From positions 13,546 to 37,545 of the forward strand of contig JALDXQ010000044.1 in the NCBI GenBank assembly GCA_032156805.1: DNA of 24,000 nt, read 5' to 3'. The position numbers and the translations under genes were made by a program. Shown piece by piece: positions 22,768-24,000 of the stretch. This DNA is from Acidobacteriota bacterium (GTDB lineage: Bacteria > Acidobacteriota > Vicinamibacteria > Vicinamibacterales > UBA2999). How positions within the stretch are numbered: the stretch's first letter is position 1; every line of letters starts with the position of its first letter. Below the pieces are notes generated by a model that was not told the DNA's origin, did not search any database, and saw nothing but the letters and a program-made list of their open reading frames with translations.

Positions 22768-24000
22768 ATGGCACGAAGCGAACTGGGCGTCGATCACCTG
22801 CTGCGCCGGGCCGGCTTTGGCGCGACCGAGGACGATCTGAAGGAGTTCGAAGGGTCCTCGACCTCAGAGGTCCTGCAGTACCTGCTGGACTATGAGGGCC
22901 AGCCTGACGATGTCGACGAGAAGATCGGCAACCCTGCCTACGCCCTGATCGACGGCGGCCGTACCGGCTTCTCTCCCAATCTGAACATCGAGCACGCGCG
23001 CCAGCGCTGGCTGTTCCGGATGCTGCATTCCAGGCGGCCACTCCAGGAAAAGATGGCGCTCTTCTGGCACAACCACTTCGCGACGGCCTACTCGAAGATC
23101 GCGGGCATCGTCGGCGGCGCGCAGGCGACACGCATGATGGCGCTTAGGCCCGGTGAGCTTCCCGGACCGCAGGGACAGATCGAGTTGTTCCGCACGATGG
23201 CACTCGGCAGCTTTCGAGATCTGCTGATTGACGTGGCGAAGGATCCCGCCATGCTCTTCTGGCTCGACGGACGTCTCAACACACGTCAGCGCCCGCAGGA
23301 GAACTTTGGCCGCGAGATCATGGAGCTGTTCACCTTCGGCATTGGCAACTACGACGAGCTCGACGTCTACGCCGCGTCGCGTGTCTTCACCGGATGGAAC
23401 GTGCGGCCGATCAATCGCGGGGATGACGCGACCTCGTACTATGAGTTCGTCTTCAACGCGAACCAGCACGACACCGCGGCCAAAACGTTCACGTTTCCCA
23501 TTTATCGCGACGGCAGCCGGACGATTCCGGCACGGGCCGCGGCCGACGGGATGCAGGACGGCGTCGACTTCATCACGGCGCTTGCGACACATCCCGAGAC
23601 AGCGCGGCGGTTGGCGCGGAAGCTGTGGAACTTCTTCGTCAGCGAGGTGGTGGAGCCTGACGCTGGGACGTTGAACAGCGCCGCGAGCGCCTACCTGCAG
23701 AATGGCACGCGTATCGAGCCTCTCGTGCACTTCATGCTGCGATCGCGTCAGTTTCAAAACCCTGGCAACTGGCACACTCGATACAGCTGGCCCGTGGAGT
23801 TCGTGGTGCGTGCCGTGAAGGAGGTCGGCTGGGCAGGTTTCTCGGTCGACGCGATGCGGGCTCCGCTCATGGCCATGGGGCAGACACTGTTCGAGCCGCC
23901 GGACGTCAACGGATGGGACCTCGGGCCGGGATGGTTCACGACGGGCGGGACGCTCGCTCGCATGAACTTTGCGTCGACACTGGCGGCGAACCAGCGGATG
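22768..24000 (+). CDS. DUF1800-family protein, N-terminal 411 codons (gene continues beyond window end)
   Basis: Absent from the ORF track because there is no stop in the window. The ATG at 22768 is preceded by GGAGGG (22755-22760). Hand translation is open to 24000: MARSELGVDHLLRRAGFGATEDDL ... MALFWHNHFATAYSKI ... DPAMLFWLDGRLN ... ENFGREIMELFTFGIGNY ... FEPPDVNGWDLG. These are the hallmark DUF1800 blocks. The 303-aa track ORF 22864..23775(-) is its antisense shadow. Confidence 0.8.
   Translation, partial: MARSELGVDHLLRRAGFGATEDDLKEFEGSSTSEVLQYLLDYEGQPDDVDEKIGNPAYALIDGGRTGFSPNLNIEHARQRWLFRMLHSRRPLQEKMALFWHNHFATAYSKIAGIVGGAQATRMMALRPGELPGPQGQIELFRTMALGSFRDLLIDVAKDPAMLFWLDGRLNTRQRPQENFGREIMELFTFGIGNYDELDVYAASRVFTGWNVRPINRGDDATSYYEFVFNANQHDTAAKTFTFPIYRDGSRTIPARAAADGMQDGVDFITALATHPETARRLARKLWNFFVSEVVEPDAGTLNSAASAYLQNGTRIEPLVHFMLRSRQFQNPGNWHTRYSWPVEFVVRAVKEVGWAGFSVDAMRAPLMAMGQTLFEPPDVNGWDLGPGWFTTGGTLARMNFASTLAANQRM

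Noticed and set aside
22864-23775. 303-aa minus-strand ORF.
   Set aside because: It is antisense to the DUF1800 reading frame, which carries multiple family hallmark blocks. The ORF has no motifs and shadow-frame composition.
1-24000. Search for CRISPR arrays, tandem repeats, tRNA/rRNA genes, and transposase, integrase or phage genes.
   Set aside because: By eye I saw no regularly spaced direct repeats, no cloverleaf-compatible intergenic segments (the intergenic spacers are all under ~170 nt and accounted for) and no recombinase-like ORFs. The GC content looks uniform apart from short promoter regions, so there is no evidence of a mobile island.

Overview
Gene-dense, visibly GC-rich (roughly two-thirds G+C by eye) bacterial chromosomal DNA. 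The gene content (DUF1800, GAF-containing sigma-54 activator, DinB/DoxX/VOC, secreted beta-propeller lactonase) looks like a soil Acidobacteriota- or Gemmatimonadota-like organism, but taxonomy cannot be settled without a search. I support 27 protein-coding genes. Two of them are absent from the supplied ORF track because they run off the window edges: a glycogen-debranching-enzyme N-terminus at 1-674 (-) and a DUF1800 protein at 22768-24000 (+). By eye I found no rRNA, tRNA, CRISPR array, transposase/integrase or prophage signature. Many long track ORFs are antisense or alternate-frame shadows typical of high-GC DNA. Genes are packed with ATGA/GTGA/TAATG start-stop overlaps, and convergent gene pairs overlap with no room for terminators. 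Four loci deserve a second look. (1) A four-gene translationally coupled membrane module at 19974-22172, built around a ferric-reductase-type heme-b membrane domain fused to a Rieske [2Fe-2S] domain. (2) A GAF-GAF sigma-54 activator next to a minimal STAS protein (phospho-serine replaced by Asp) coupled to an orphan ECF sigma factor, with a weak candidate -24/-12 promoter and paired dyad repeats between them. (3) A three-gene envelope-spanning set: periplasmic cupredoxin-like protein, HAMP/HD-GYP membrane sensor and outer-membrane beta-barrel, reminiscent in layout of YfiBNR but with a c-di-GMP phosphodiesterase output. (4) A DoxX-DinB-NRDE(TANGO2)-DedA operon. All functional calls rest on motif recognition by eye and need database confirmation.
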